A DNA stretch of 63,797 bases, filler included, from Choristocarpus tenellus KU-1152 (Eukaryota; Protista; Phaeophyceae): NCBI GenBank assembly GCA_964200185.2. It is 8 parts of 8 records of this genome, joined end to end, with 100 filler letters (N's around TTAATTAATTAA, not from the genome) between each part and the next. Parts side by side here need not be neighbours in the genome. Positions count along the whole stretch, not along the records: positions 49,407 to 59,284 come from CAXNAD020003313.1; positions 59,385 to 63,797 come from CAXNAD020014675.1; 6 more parts are not named here. One strand, written 5' to 3'. Positions 52,801 through 63,797 of the stretch are shown here, in pieces. Both the position numbers and the translations under genes were made by a program. The number at the start of each line of letters is the position of its first letter. The first letter of the stretch is position 1. Below the pieces are notes generated by a model that saw only the letters and a program-made list of their open reading frames with translations, searched no databases and was not told the origin of the DNA.

Positions 52801-55800
52801 TGGACTGTGTTGGGAGGTGGTAATAATGCTTAAATTCTGGGGTGCTACTGCACTCCGAATACTCCGCAGAGAATGCTACCTTCAGGGATACGATCAACTG
52901 ATTGTTCCAGCTTCAGTCAGGATGCAAGTGTAGCCAATGACAGTAAAGTATGGCAAAGCGAAACTAAGTCGAGATTTTTGCTGGATTTTGAAGCACCCCA
53001 AATTGGTTGGGGCACATATGATACAGGTGCTTCATAGAAACTGTGCATTCACCTTTCTCCCTTTTCCAGAACTAAGAGAGTGAAAGTATCTTAGAGGCTA
53101 AGAATTTTGCCCTGTTTGTCTACTTGGGGCTTGTCTTCTCAACGGGTCTCTTACGACATATTCCTTCTCCAAAATGTTTCAGAGGAGGTAAAATGTACTC
53201 CAGTATGCGTTATGAACAGGTGTGTTCAAAACAAGGATATTGACACTTTCTTTGAAGCACAATAGCAAAAGTTTAATCAAAATCGAACCATCGGATTTTG
53301 GCCCTCAAACAGACACAGCTCTACCCTCTAACATACTTTGACTCAAGATCACGATCCTCAGATTTGCAATTTGACAAAAAGTTTGTCCATTGAATGAAAT
53401 AAATCTTAGTGTTCTATTGAGTACGCTGCACACCTCACCTCTCCCCACTGCACTGTAAATTTGACAGTGGGCACTTTATTTTGCTGTGTTGACCAGTGGA
53501 TGGGGAATAAGGCGCTGTGTCTGGTGCCAGGTAAACAGAGAGGCTTTCCACCCCTTCCTTTTTTTATCATTCCAGTACCTCTCTTTCCGTTCATCTCAGG
53601 TGTCTGCAATGACCAAAAATATTGTCCATAATGCTCTCTCTGTTGTCTAGAGTCACCATCAATCAACTCTAGACAGAGCCCCCACCCCTCCCTATTCAAA
53701 AAGCCAGGAGTTGCAGTATCCACTGAAGATCTGTCTATCTTTCTCGGTAGGCCTTCTAGAGACATCACTTCAATATACACTCTACCAGGGGATGGGACAA
53801 TATCTTTGATCTTTGGTGCCATCATCCTGCCTTTGTTGCTGCAACTTCCATCAATCTGCACTGAAAGGTTGTGCGGTGACTTTGACTGGCCTTGGACTTT
53901 TCTTTTCTTTTTGTTTGTGTCAAACTGAGTATGAGAAATTGGCTCAACAACAGGTTTGAGCCTGCTTGGAAAGATGTGAACAAGCCCATCTGTGTTGTGA
54001 ATCTCTGTGGCCTTGATTGTTATCCTCATTTCCAAGGTGTTGATACTCTCCTCAGGGATCAACCGACTTAAATATGGACCCTCAACTGCATGCCTGGAAT
54101 GTGGAGCACTTGCCATCACAATCCAAAGGCCTTCCTTACCAAACAACATATTGACATCACTCACAGGAAAGTACATTGATCTGTACTCTCTTCTGTGTAT
54201 TCTTCGTGAATCTAGCCTGAGCCCTATTCCCATCTCAGCCTTCAAACACAGTGCATCCAATTCCCGACTGACACTCATGAGCTCTAGGCAAATCGGCAGA
54301 TTAGGTGACTTTGCAACCTCTCCAACACGGATGGAAGAGGAGGAGGTTGCATTGCCACCAAGATTTAATTCGGCACTCACCAAAACAATATCTTGGAATA
54401 GATTGATATCTCCGCTAATGGTAGTTCTAACATCCATCACAGTTACAGTGACCGCTACTGGCGTGACGTTTTCGCGACTTCTTGGCACATCATACTGAGT
54501 TGCACCAGTGAGGAAAACACCGACGTCCAGCAATAGGTGACCAGCTGACTGCTGTCTATTTTCCGTCCTACCTCTGATGGCATTGCACCCACAACCTCTA
54601 ACTGGCCAAAATGGGAGATTGGATAAACAGAAAGAGCGATTTGGACGTCGTAGCATTTCAATAATGGAAATTTCACACTGTGCTAAGGCTCTGTCAGACA
54701 CCAACTCCATTCTCAATGTTGAGAATGGCCACTGTCCTTCATGTGACCTCAGGGCCACCTCATCGCATATTTTCAACAGGATTTCGTCTTGTCCGAGGCC
54801 TATGGATGACTGAAATACGTACGCTGTGGGATCTGCCTCCATTGCCTGGGCGAAACTAGAGCGTCCCATGCAGCCAATGCCGGGCAGCAAGCTGGCTCGC
54901 ACATACGGGCAACTCTCCATTCTCAGCCATGGGTTGATGTGAAGAGAACAAATTTTCACTATCACCTCCACTTCCCCCAGAGTATGCTTTGAAGGCAATT
55001 GCTTAAGGGTATGTGACAAACCCAACCCTACAGCGGTGCTGATTGCGCTGTTTGGGCACAATGAGCTTTTTATTGATGAACGCTTGTGCGGGATTTCTTT
55101 TTCCGGAATGTCTCTCTTTGCACTATGAATGCATCCTGACATTGTCTTGTGGCCGCCTGTGCTCAGTCTCATCCCCCATGGTTCAGAGTATGAAGTCGAA
55201 GGACCCTTAGAAATCGACCCTATCCGCTCATGAGGAGAGCATCCTGAAGGACTTGCCCCTCCTCGTGGGAAATTACACCTCTCATCCTTCTCAAAATCGC
55301 AACCTGGGGACGATTCTTTCTCAGGCCCAGTCCCAGCAAAGGTATTGGCAGACCTATTGGTGAGGTAATTATCCTGCTGATTTTGTGGTGAAAAGCAATC
55401 CTCAATGTAACTTCCAGTGCGATCTTTGTCCGCATAGACAAAAGTCGTGCCTTCACAGTTTTGATAGCTCTCGTTCCTCTTAGATTCGGACTTCCCCAAC
55501 GAAGAACCTGGTGTACGTTTCTCTACTTCTGCGATTTCACTGTGTTTCTCCGTGAAGAGACAGCCCTTGATAATCGCGTGTGAATGAATGGATGTGCCTC
55601 CACTGGAAGTAGAGAGCTCAAAAAGGACACCATCATCAGTAAGACCACCGCCACCACAAGTACTGTTGTGACAGAACGAGCTTTCATCCACAGCAAACCC
55701 CAAGTCTTGGACAAATACGTGCATCAGGATCTTGCCTGTCTCTGTACCGTCCGCAACAAGTGGGTACCACCTGTCATTGGCCAAGGAAACTCAAGCATAA

Positions 55801-56232
55801 GCTCTCAATATTTTCAGCTCCTCTATTTTTCCTCCTCCCGATTCCCACCCAGCACTGTACAAGATCAACACATACTCAGACTTGTCCAAGACACCTGGGC
55901 TCTAACCTGGGGCTAACTTCTTGATTAGACGCTTCATGATGTAGTTCGATCTCAGCTACATCATAAAGCATCCTCGAGATGTTCTCCAGCTGCTCCCACA
56001 AGGACACCTTCAAGTTCGATGACTCATTAGCGATAGGTATTAGCAAAGGCTTGTTGCTAGACCACTCGACAATACCATCTTTGACCTCCTTTCCTGGCCC
56101 AGTAGTTGCTGAGCCTCCTTCTGGCGAGACTAGAGCTACTTTCGCAAACACAGACGGAGGGAAGCGTTCTCCCTGGTGAAGGCTTGCGACTAACACATGA
56201 GCAGCGACGAGTGCAGAAGGAGGAGGTCCCAT
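49818..56232 (-). CDS. Large multi-C2-domain-like protein, 3' end uncertain
   Basis: Exons 56232-about 55895, 55771-53439 (2.3 kb), 52153-51929, probable exons near 51028-50800 and 49986-49818. Repeated C2-like strands: VEW..LKVSLWE..WYPL..GKI; PYVRASL; VYIEVMSLEGL; DGIMGRAALPV; DREIGLTWVPV. Confidence 0.7.
50433..50689. mobile_element. MITE family B
   Basis: Both TIRs; TSD not conserved. Confidence 0.85.
51220..51408. repeat. 27-bp minisatellite, 7 copies
   Basis: Unit GACTGTAATA(C/G)ATTAATATCAAATGTT with no spacers. Confidence 0.95.
52501..52521. repeat. (GA)n microsatellite
   Basis: Directly visible. Confidence 0.9.
53078..53344. mobile_element. MITE family B
   Basis: Both TIRs; TSD AAGA; intronic. 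Confidence 0.9.
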
Positions 56233-56447
56233 TATTCTTTTCGTTCTATGGGCACAACACGTATTCCTCCCATGGTATATCAAAACAATTTTGTGTTCCT
56301 GAAATATCGGTTTCAGTTGTAGAACAAAAATTCTTCATTAATACTCGTTTCTTTGTCACTCAATCGCCAAAAAAGATTGGACTGGTAGATTCTTTGATAA
56401 ATTTTGTGAGTTCTTTTTTTCTACATCAGTTTTTTTGTTCTGTAAAG

Positions 56448-56730
56448 TGAAAGTTTATGAAGTGATCTGAGTTTTGTGGGCGGAAGAATTCTGGTTGGCT
56501 AGGGGCACAGGACAAGGGAGGTTAGTGGAAAGAAAAAGAAGGAAGCAGGAAGAGAACGAATAGTTAGAGAAGGAGAGAAAAGTTAATAGAAACGAGTCGT
56601 AGGAAAAGGGTAGGAGCAGGATCCATTAAGTAAGAAGAAGGCTGAGAACCAGGGGTAAAGGACGAGGAGGGGAGACCAAGGCAACCTCCAAGCAAGCTCT
56701 CCCGCCTACCCACCCTGTCGCTTGCTCACG
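56448..56730. repeat. Dispersed repeat E, copy 2
   Basis: See 13672-13984. Confidence 0.75.
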
Positions 56731-57120
56731 ACCGATGGGAACACTGGGAGGGGGGGGGGTCCAGAGCTCATGATTGGAGAACTCAAGCTTCAGAAACCAA
56801 AGGGGGGAGAAGGGAGGTCCAGAAAAAATCTGGTGCTGGCGGTGCCTTCAAGGTGACCTTAAGACTTTCGATATCACAGCTGAGAGAAGAGTGGGGAAAG
56901 TGGCAGAGATTGTGAGAAAACAAAAGGAGAAATATGTAGTGATGGAGAGGGCACACACACACACAATGTCTTCCCCACGAAAAAGAAAAATATCGTCTGG
57001 ACCATGGTATCTTGGGGCCGAGCCAGGATTTCCCGATGATGAAAGAGACTTATGTGTCAAACACACCATTTGAGAGACAGCCAACATGGAAATTGGGGAA
57101 GGATGATATATCTCCATTTA

Positions 57121-57384
57121 GAGTCAAACCAATCAAGAGGTTGGCAGGGTTGCATTTTAACGGCCCCAAGAAAGTGTAATAAGACAGTATTTTATACCAT
57201 TGCAGGAAGAGTCTTTGCTTACTTGCCGTGTCACTTTGTGCGTAGAGGGTGAATATCAATTTTGCGTACATATACTCCACCCCAAAAGCAATGAAATAGA
57301 GTGTATGTATCATTGCACAGGGTAAGAAAATGTTTTACAACTCAAAAGAGTTCAAACCTGCCTACCTCTAAATTGGTTTGGCTC
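57121..57384. mobile_element. MITE family D
   Basis: TIRs GAGTCAAACCAATCAAGAGG / CCTCTAAATTGGTTTGGCTC. Confidence 0.85.
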
Positions 57385-57503
57385 TGATGAAGATGGGGGT
57401 TTATTGATGGAATTGGAAGCGCGTACCTGTTGTATGACAAAACAAACCACGTGGCAACGTGCGCCTGACCACCCCGTCTATTTGAACATCATCCAAGAAT
57501 AGT

Positions 57504-58400
57504 TCATGCATGCTTCTCTTGTTCACATCTTTTATTGATGTCAAGACTGGTCCTTAACCGACTGATAGAGTTGTGTTTCATTTGTTTGCCCAAGGTTGCA
57601 TGGGCCAAGAGCAGCTTGTTCTAGTCAGCAAGGGGCGACACATTCATGCATGTCATATTCGGACTCGTTTCCATAGCGAATTTTTTGGTAAATAATGGTG
57701 TGAATATTCTATCCACATTATGTTTGGGAGGAATTCTTCTTCCAAAGAACCAAATTCCCCAATTGTGAAAAAAAATATCAAGTCCAACGTATTTTTTCAC
57801 TATTGTTTTTCTGGAATGCTTGCTGTCCATATTAGGTTAAGGGTTCAAAAAGCCTGGGGCTGCTTCCACAATTATAGTCGTGTGCTTTGTGACAGATATA
57901 TCACTTGAGTTTTAGATCCTCATGCTCAAAGGCTGAACAGGAAGCCATGTTATACATGGTTGTGTGACATGGACTCTCAGCCTGGGTTCACTATATGAAG
58001 CTTCGATTTTTTCACAAGATAATTGTGCACCAAATTTTGGAAGCAGGAAGACCGAAGCACAATGAACACTATTTCTTCATTAGTCTATTAATAGTAGTTG
58101 GTTAGCAAACCGGAAGGTTGTGTATTAGCATCTAGTTTACCGATTGTCGAGTTATCTACTATTGCATGTAAGCCTTCAGTCAACTACAAATATAAAACGA
58201 AAAAAGGGCTGCACATGACTAGGAGTAGAATATCTAGTACTTAGGGCTCCTGAAACCTTCTGCCTGAGACCCCATTTCCTTGCTTCAAAAGAAGCTAAGC
58301 GTTCTTGAAAGGATCTGGCTGAAGAAGAGAAGATGAACCCTTGTTCACATAAACGCGAGAAATCGCCCTTCAGATTGCGAGAAGGGCATGTACCAGAAGC
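57504..58400 (-). CDS. Probable last two exons of an unknown gene
   Basis: 58400-58257 (48 open codons, CAG/GT bounded, phase 0) joins 57620-57504 ending TGA; further candidate exons up to about 59090. Confidence 0.35.
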
Positions 58401-59868
58401 CTGTCACTGAGGAGTCAGAAACATACCAACACCCCCTACAAAGATAGGATGCTTATTGTCCAGATGTGATGGTCACAGAAGAAAGTGATTTATGCACCAC
58501 TGGAAGTAGCATAAGAGTAGAATACTACTACAAAATGCTTGTATTAGTAATATTCAATATTAAGCCTCCACATAGCGACTCTTTTTAACTCTCACAACTT
58601 ATCCTTTACCATGTCTTCCTGTTGGAATGAGAAAAAACACTGTTTTGCATTCCTGCCCTTGCTGTTATGTGTGAGCATCAACATAATAACACTACAAACA
58701 GTCATACTGTTCTTACATTTGGCAGATATACAACAGGTCGAGGATCAGTGCACATTCCACTATAGCGACAAATTCACCCAAAAGAAAAGGCCTCAGAGCC
58801 ATTCCATTCTGTTCTCTGCCTAAGACCCCAACAACATCAACAAGCTATGCTTGCCGAGGCATTCGAAAACTAAAACCACAAACCACAATCATGAAAGGAA
58901 CAACTACTACATACATATTAGTAGTATACTATGTATGTACTCTTCAAACTATACAAAAAAAAACTCCTACACATAAAAAGATTTGGGGGTAAAAAAAGTC
59001 TGCTACCTTGCTTTGTGCATAGATTGAGCCCATCAAGGCCCACCAAACAGCTCACTTCATTGCAAAGAAGAAGTGAACAATACACACAGGCTGTAAACCT
59101 CTAATCGATAGCCACCGTTGTTGAACAGTGTACGATTATCTTTATCCATCAAAAAGACAATCACAATACAATAACAAACTCCACGCCTTAGTTATCTCAA
59201 CAGTAATCAGTTAGTGACAGGTTCAAAGTATCTGGGGGGGGGGGGGGTGGGGGGTGGGGGTGTGTTTTTGGTTTTTGGTTGGGTNNNNNNNNNNNNNNNN
59301 NNNNNNNNNNNNNNNNNNNNNNNNNNNNTTAATTAATTAANNNNNNNNNNNNNNNNNNNNNNNNNNNNNNNNNNNNNNNNNNNNGTATAACGGTATATGG
59401 CATACGAACAATGCGGTATAATAACAGACAAACATGCTTTCCACAGAAGTGTTTGTATATCTTTTGCAGATGGGTGAGTGGTACGACAAATATTTATCAA
59501 CTTTTTCTAAGACGAGGGAGTGGTACGACAAATACTTCACATGTTTCGCAGGGGATGAGTCACACTAACAAATAATGGTTGTACACGATTTTGACGAAGT
59601 AGTATCGATATGCAAAATGCGCCCATTGACCACGGATACACAGAATAATATACGGGTACATGTTTTCAACTTAATACCGTTAAGGGACACCAACATGACA
59701 CACTACAGATGTCATGTTACCCAGGACCCTACTAGGGGTTCCACAACAATGTCTTAGTTTAGAAGGGGGGGCGATGCATTCTTATACTATCCAGAGAACA
59801 AGGGATTGAAGTACTGTATGTATTTCCGGTAGTACTAACCTAAGTTTTGTACACGATTGTTGTTCATA

Positions 59869-61599
59869 CTTCCATTCAGAATTAAATGCAACATTTCTTT
59901 TGCAAGCTCTGGGAAAGACCCATGTGATAAAAACCTCTGGACTAGGCTTGGTTCTCATATAGATTGGGAGGCCTGCAAAGTGTGAGAATGTGAGCTGTCA
60001 TGACTGTGGAGGATCACCAGTGCAAAGTCGATCAAGTCACATTTCATGAGGTTCCAAAACCTTGTGGAACTGTCGAAGCAGGTGTAATTTTTGACTGCTT
60101 AGGAGGAAGGACCCCTGCTAATCGAGCGGCTTGCTCATCGCATAATTTACTGTCAATCCCATGGGCCGTCCAGGGTCCAGACTCAAACACCCCAACGAAG
60201 AACAGCGTGGTGGGGCGATGCCTGGAGGGAAGGGGGAGTGAAACTTGCATAACTCGTGGGGTGGCAGTGGTTGTTGCGGAGGACTTAGGGATTTCCCGAA
60301 TCACCACATTACATCATCTGAAGGAGTATGGCACCCAGATCGCACGGGGTGAATGCATCGACCTTGTATGATGTTGGAAGGGGCAATGTCGCTGTTGTAC
60401 AAGTAGCCTCAACGTTTGGGATGTCACATTGGTACACCCCACATCCTTCTGCAAATGGGTGGTCAAAGCTGGGGTCTCTCTTGCCTCGTTGTGGGATTTG
60501 TGCAAGTGCAAGGTAAAGAAGGTCAAGCGATGGATTAAACTGGTGCTCTCAGACCAGCAGAAAGACAACCGGGTGGGTTTTATCATCAGCCACATGCACA
60601 GGAGTGGGGGGGATGGGGTATTAGTGGACGATATGTATGACTGGGTGTATGCAGATGAGAGGTGGTTTCACATTTTCAAAGATGGGCAAGGCGTGTACCT
60701 GCACCCCACTGAGGACACCCCCAAACCCCCATGGGCACAAAATACGTGTTACATCACGAAGATGATGTTCCTTGCAGCTATGGTCCGTCCTAGGAAGCTC
60801 TCCAATGGGGTGTGGTTCGATGGGAAAATCAGGATCTGGTCAATTGTGGACACTAAGGTTGCTCAGTGCTCCAGTAAACACCGCCCCAAGGGCACCAAGG
60901 TGCTTGTGCCAGCCATGGTGGATGGGGGAGAGAGGTACAAGAAGCTCGTGATCGAGGATGTCATCCCAGCAGTCAAGGCCTGCATGCCTAGGCTGGAAGG
61001 ATTCACCACCTTCATACAGCAGGATGGGGCAAAGCCACACACCAAAGAGGGGATCATGAAGGCAGTTGAGGAGGCGGTGAGGGACGACATTGTGATGGAG
61101 ACCCAGTCATCCAACTCACCTGACCTCAGCGTCAACAACCTGGGATTCTTTCATTCCATCCAGCAACTGAAAGAAGACGTGGGGGTGACCAACACAGAGG
61201 AGGTGGTGAAGGCCACGATGGAGGCGTTTGATTTGTACCCCCAGGAGACACTGAGCGTATCTAGCAGAGGCTCTTCGCATTCTATGGTGAAGTGCTGGGG
61301 TCCAAGGGTGGCAGCGTCTTCGAAATTCCCCATCTTAGCAAGGAAAGTTCTGAGAATGCGGACAAGCTCCCCCTGAATGCCCTGGTGGATAAGGTGAAAT
61401 ACTGTGCTAGAATGAAGTTTTGGAGGGTTTTGGGGGTGGAATCATAGATAGGTGTAGGCTGCCTGGTTTTGCTTGAGATTTTGATGGACAAACTTCTAGT
61501 GTCTGTACAATACATGTATAAAAATATGAACATGTGAAGAACAATCTTGCTTCTTCATCAAGTCTGCAAAAGTTAAGTTACGTTTAATTCTGAACCGAG
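59869..61599 (+). mobile_element. Near full-length plant-type mariner element (family M1)
   Basis: TA flanks; TIRs CTTCCATTCAGAATTAAATG and CGTTTAATTCTGAACCGAG; internal transposase. Confidence 0.9.
60429..61376 (+). pseudogene. Mariner transposase pseudogene
   Basis: YADERWF, TKMMFLAAMVRP, WFDGKIRIW, IQQDGAKPH, NSPDLSVNNLGFF; N- and C-termini disrupted; third catalytic Asp position is Asn. Confidence 0.85.
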
Positions 61600-61684
61600 T
61601 ATATATGTAGGTGTCCCCAACCTGATAGGGTTGGATTTTCAGCTTTCAGCCCTTTGGAGTATAAGGGTCCATTGAAATATCTTT

Positions 61685-62244
61685 GAGTTAAAGTAAGCAA
61701 GAGGTACCCAGGTTTTGGCCATTTTTCATTTTAAGTCGGTTTTTCAATCTTTTGCAATTCAGCAATACTTTTGTGAATGAAGTGCAAAGTTTGACTTGAG
61801 AGCATTCATTTCTTTATGGTTCGAAATGACCCAAAGTATCTGGTGGAGGGGGGGGGGGGGTCTACACAGAACNNNNNNNNNNTTGGAAGAGGTGATATGT
61901 AGTTTGGTTGTTGTTATTTTTTTTGTTTTGGGATAAAAAAAAAGGGGGTGGGGGGGGGGGGGGGGGGGGGGGGGGGGTCTACACCAGAGTGTCCATTTGA
62001 ACCAAAACCAGGAAAAGTACACTTTCACTATCAATCAAATGTATGGAACCAAATCGCCCAAAAATCGTGACATGAAAAAATCGGTCCCAAATGAATAGCC
62101 GCACCCCCCCCAAATGCTTTGACCTAAATATTTCCGAAGAATTCAGAAAATATCCTCTATGCATTTGTAAAAACGCCGAATTTTGCATGTTTTTTTCAGC
62201 ATCCTTCAAATTCAACTCTGGGCACCTCTCATTTACTTGGACTC
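61685..62244. mobile_element. MITE family C (reverse) carrying MITE A
   Basis: Both TIRs; TTT on both flanks. Confidence 0.8.
61828..62125. mobile_element. MITE family A nested in MITE C
   Basis: Both TIRs; AAAT on both flanks; internal 10-N gap. Confidence 0.8.
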
Positions 62245-62666
62245 TTTCTCCTGACACTCCAATTTTCATGCCTGAAATGGAGGTAGTCACCATCCATCAG
62301 GGGGCTTTCACTGTAAAGCAAGGTACATTAACATTCGTCTACCAGTCATGAGCACGAAATCGGCCCCCAGAGTGTGGGGCACACACATGTACCACACACA
62401 AGGCCGTTGCGGGGCCCCCAATAGCGCTGCTCTCCTCTAGGATGCTATGGCTCAATCACTGTAAAATATCTGTAGCGCACTCAATTTCTGTAAGGTAGAG
62501 CAAAATCAGCATTATTTTCTGTAGACATTAGAATTTCTTCCTTGCGCATCCCTTATGTGGCATTTTTAGAATATTAAAGAATGAGCTCGTCTCCTCGAAT
62601 TGCTACTACGTACTTTGTGTGCAAATATGGTGGATTTCCTCCCTCTTACCATACCTGATCTAATTT

Positions 62667-62928
62667 GTGCCAAACCAATTGAGAGGTTGGCAGATTTGGA
62701 CCATTTTGCATTCTATGCCATCTTTCTTGCCCTGTCCAATACTCCGTTTCAGTTCTATATGTGCACTATATGGTACGCAAAATTGATGTCCGCTCTATCC
62801 ACACACAAAGTGACACCACAACTCAGCAAATGTTAATTCTGCTATTGTAAAAAATGACATCTTTCGCCCTTTCTGGGGATCCTTGAAAGGCAACTAACTC
62901 TGCCTCCTTCTAGAAGTGGATTTGACTC
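62667..62928. mobile_element. MITE family D (reverse)
   Basis: Both TIRs; TTT on both flanks. Confidence 0.75.
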
Positions 62929-63797
62929 TTTAACTTTCTTGTAGAAGCACTAGTAGTAGCAGTAGTGAACTTGAGTTACTGGAAATGATGGAAACAACAC
63001 CTAGAACAATCTGGATATCATCATCTTCCACTACTCCTACAACAAGAAGAATAAGCATCACCATTCAGGATGCTAGAAGCATGTACACGTACCAGGAGAC
63101 GGTTACAAGGGCACCAAATGCTCAAAGGCACCCTCCTCTAATATTGGATCTCTCACATTTTTTTTCTACAACATTCACTATGCAAATCGGGATGGTTCAT
63201 ATGAAATCGGAGAAGCTAAATAAAGGCACTACTAGTGTAATTTGGGCATACACATTATGAATGGAGGGCAGCACAAATATTCTAGTGTCAGGTGAGATAT
63301 CACCAATTTCAGACGCAACCAAGGCAGAATTGAGATTAAGCAGTCTCACTCTCTGGTACATTCTACCCCCGAAACCACAATTACGTATCCATCTACATAT
63401 TGGCAAGTTACGGTGGGGGAAGCCCAGTTTGTCCTCCTAAGATTCCTCCTTCCCATCCACCTTAGTTTTAGTGTTGATCTTTTTTTTGCGTTCAAATTGC
63501 ACCGCACAGCCAGTTGCAAAACCAGTATCGTCCCTCCAAGACCTGTTCACACGTTGGACAAATCATGGCTTCACTCATTTGTGCTTCACAAATCAGTAGA
63601 AAAAAATATGTACAAATCTTCGTAGGTCAAGGCTGTAAGGCTGGTGAAGATGTACAATGATTTCTACCCACGAATCTTGTACCACAAATGATATATAATA
63701 ATGGGACCCCCTTGGACCTCTCTTATATTGCATGGCAACACATAGAACCCTACAGCAGGGCCAATGACCCAAAGTATCTGGGGGGGGGGGGGGGGGG

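Noticed and set aside
54007-54498. 163-aa plus-strand ORF
   Set aside because: Antisense shadow of the long C2-gene exon; the same applies to the many short ORFs opposite 20208-22340.

Overview
Eukaryotic, intron-rich nuclear DNA. The gene and transposon content suggests a photosynthetic stramenopile of the brown-algal/PX lineage (inference). The window is eight contigs joined by artificial 100-nt linkers (44 N + TTAATTAATTAA + 44 N), so adjacency across linkers is unproven. Spliced genes reconstructed by eye: an Rsa3-like protein head-to-head with a Tudor/SH3-like hypothetical protein, an Mpv17/PMP22 3' fragment, a large TGS/ThrRS-N2 + uridine-kinase-fold protein with a degenerate P-loop, the 3' part of USP14/UBP6, an EGF + thioredoxin (PDI-like) protein, an acetyl-CoA hydrolase/CoA-transferase, and a large multi-C2-domain protein. 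Intergenic and intronic DNA holds over 25 MITE copies in four families with related termini, three decayed plant-type mariner elements, RTE and RLE-type (CRE-like) LINE relics and a hAT relic. Gene bodies and TEs look CpG-depleted while gene starts look CpG-rich. Most novel candidates: the putative pseudo-uridine-kinase fusion, the related MITE families with different TSD lengths, and the CpG-island pattern. No searches were run; all assignments rest on recalled motifs.
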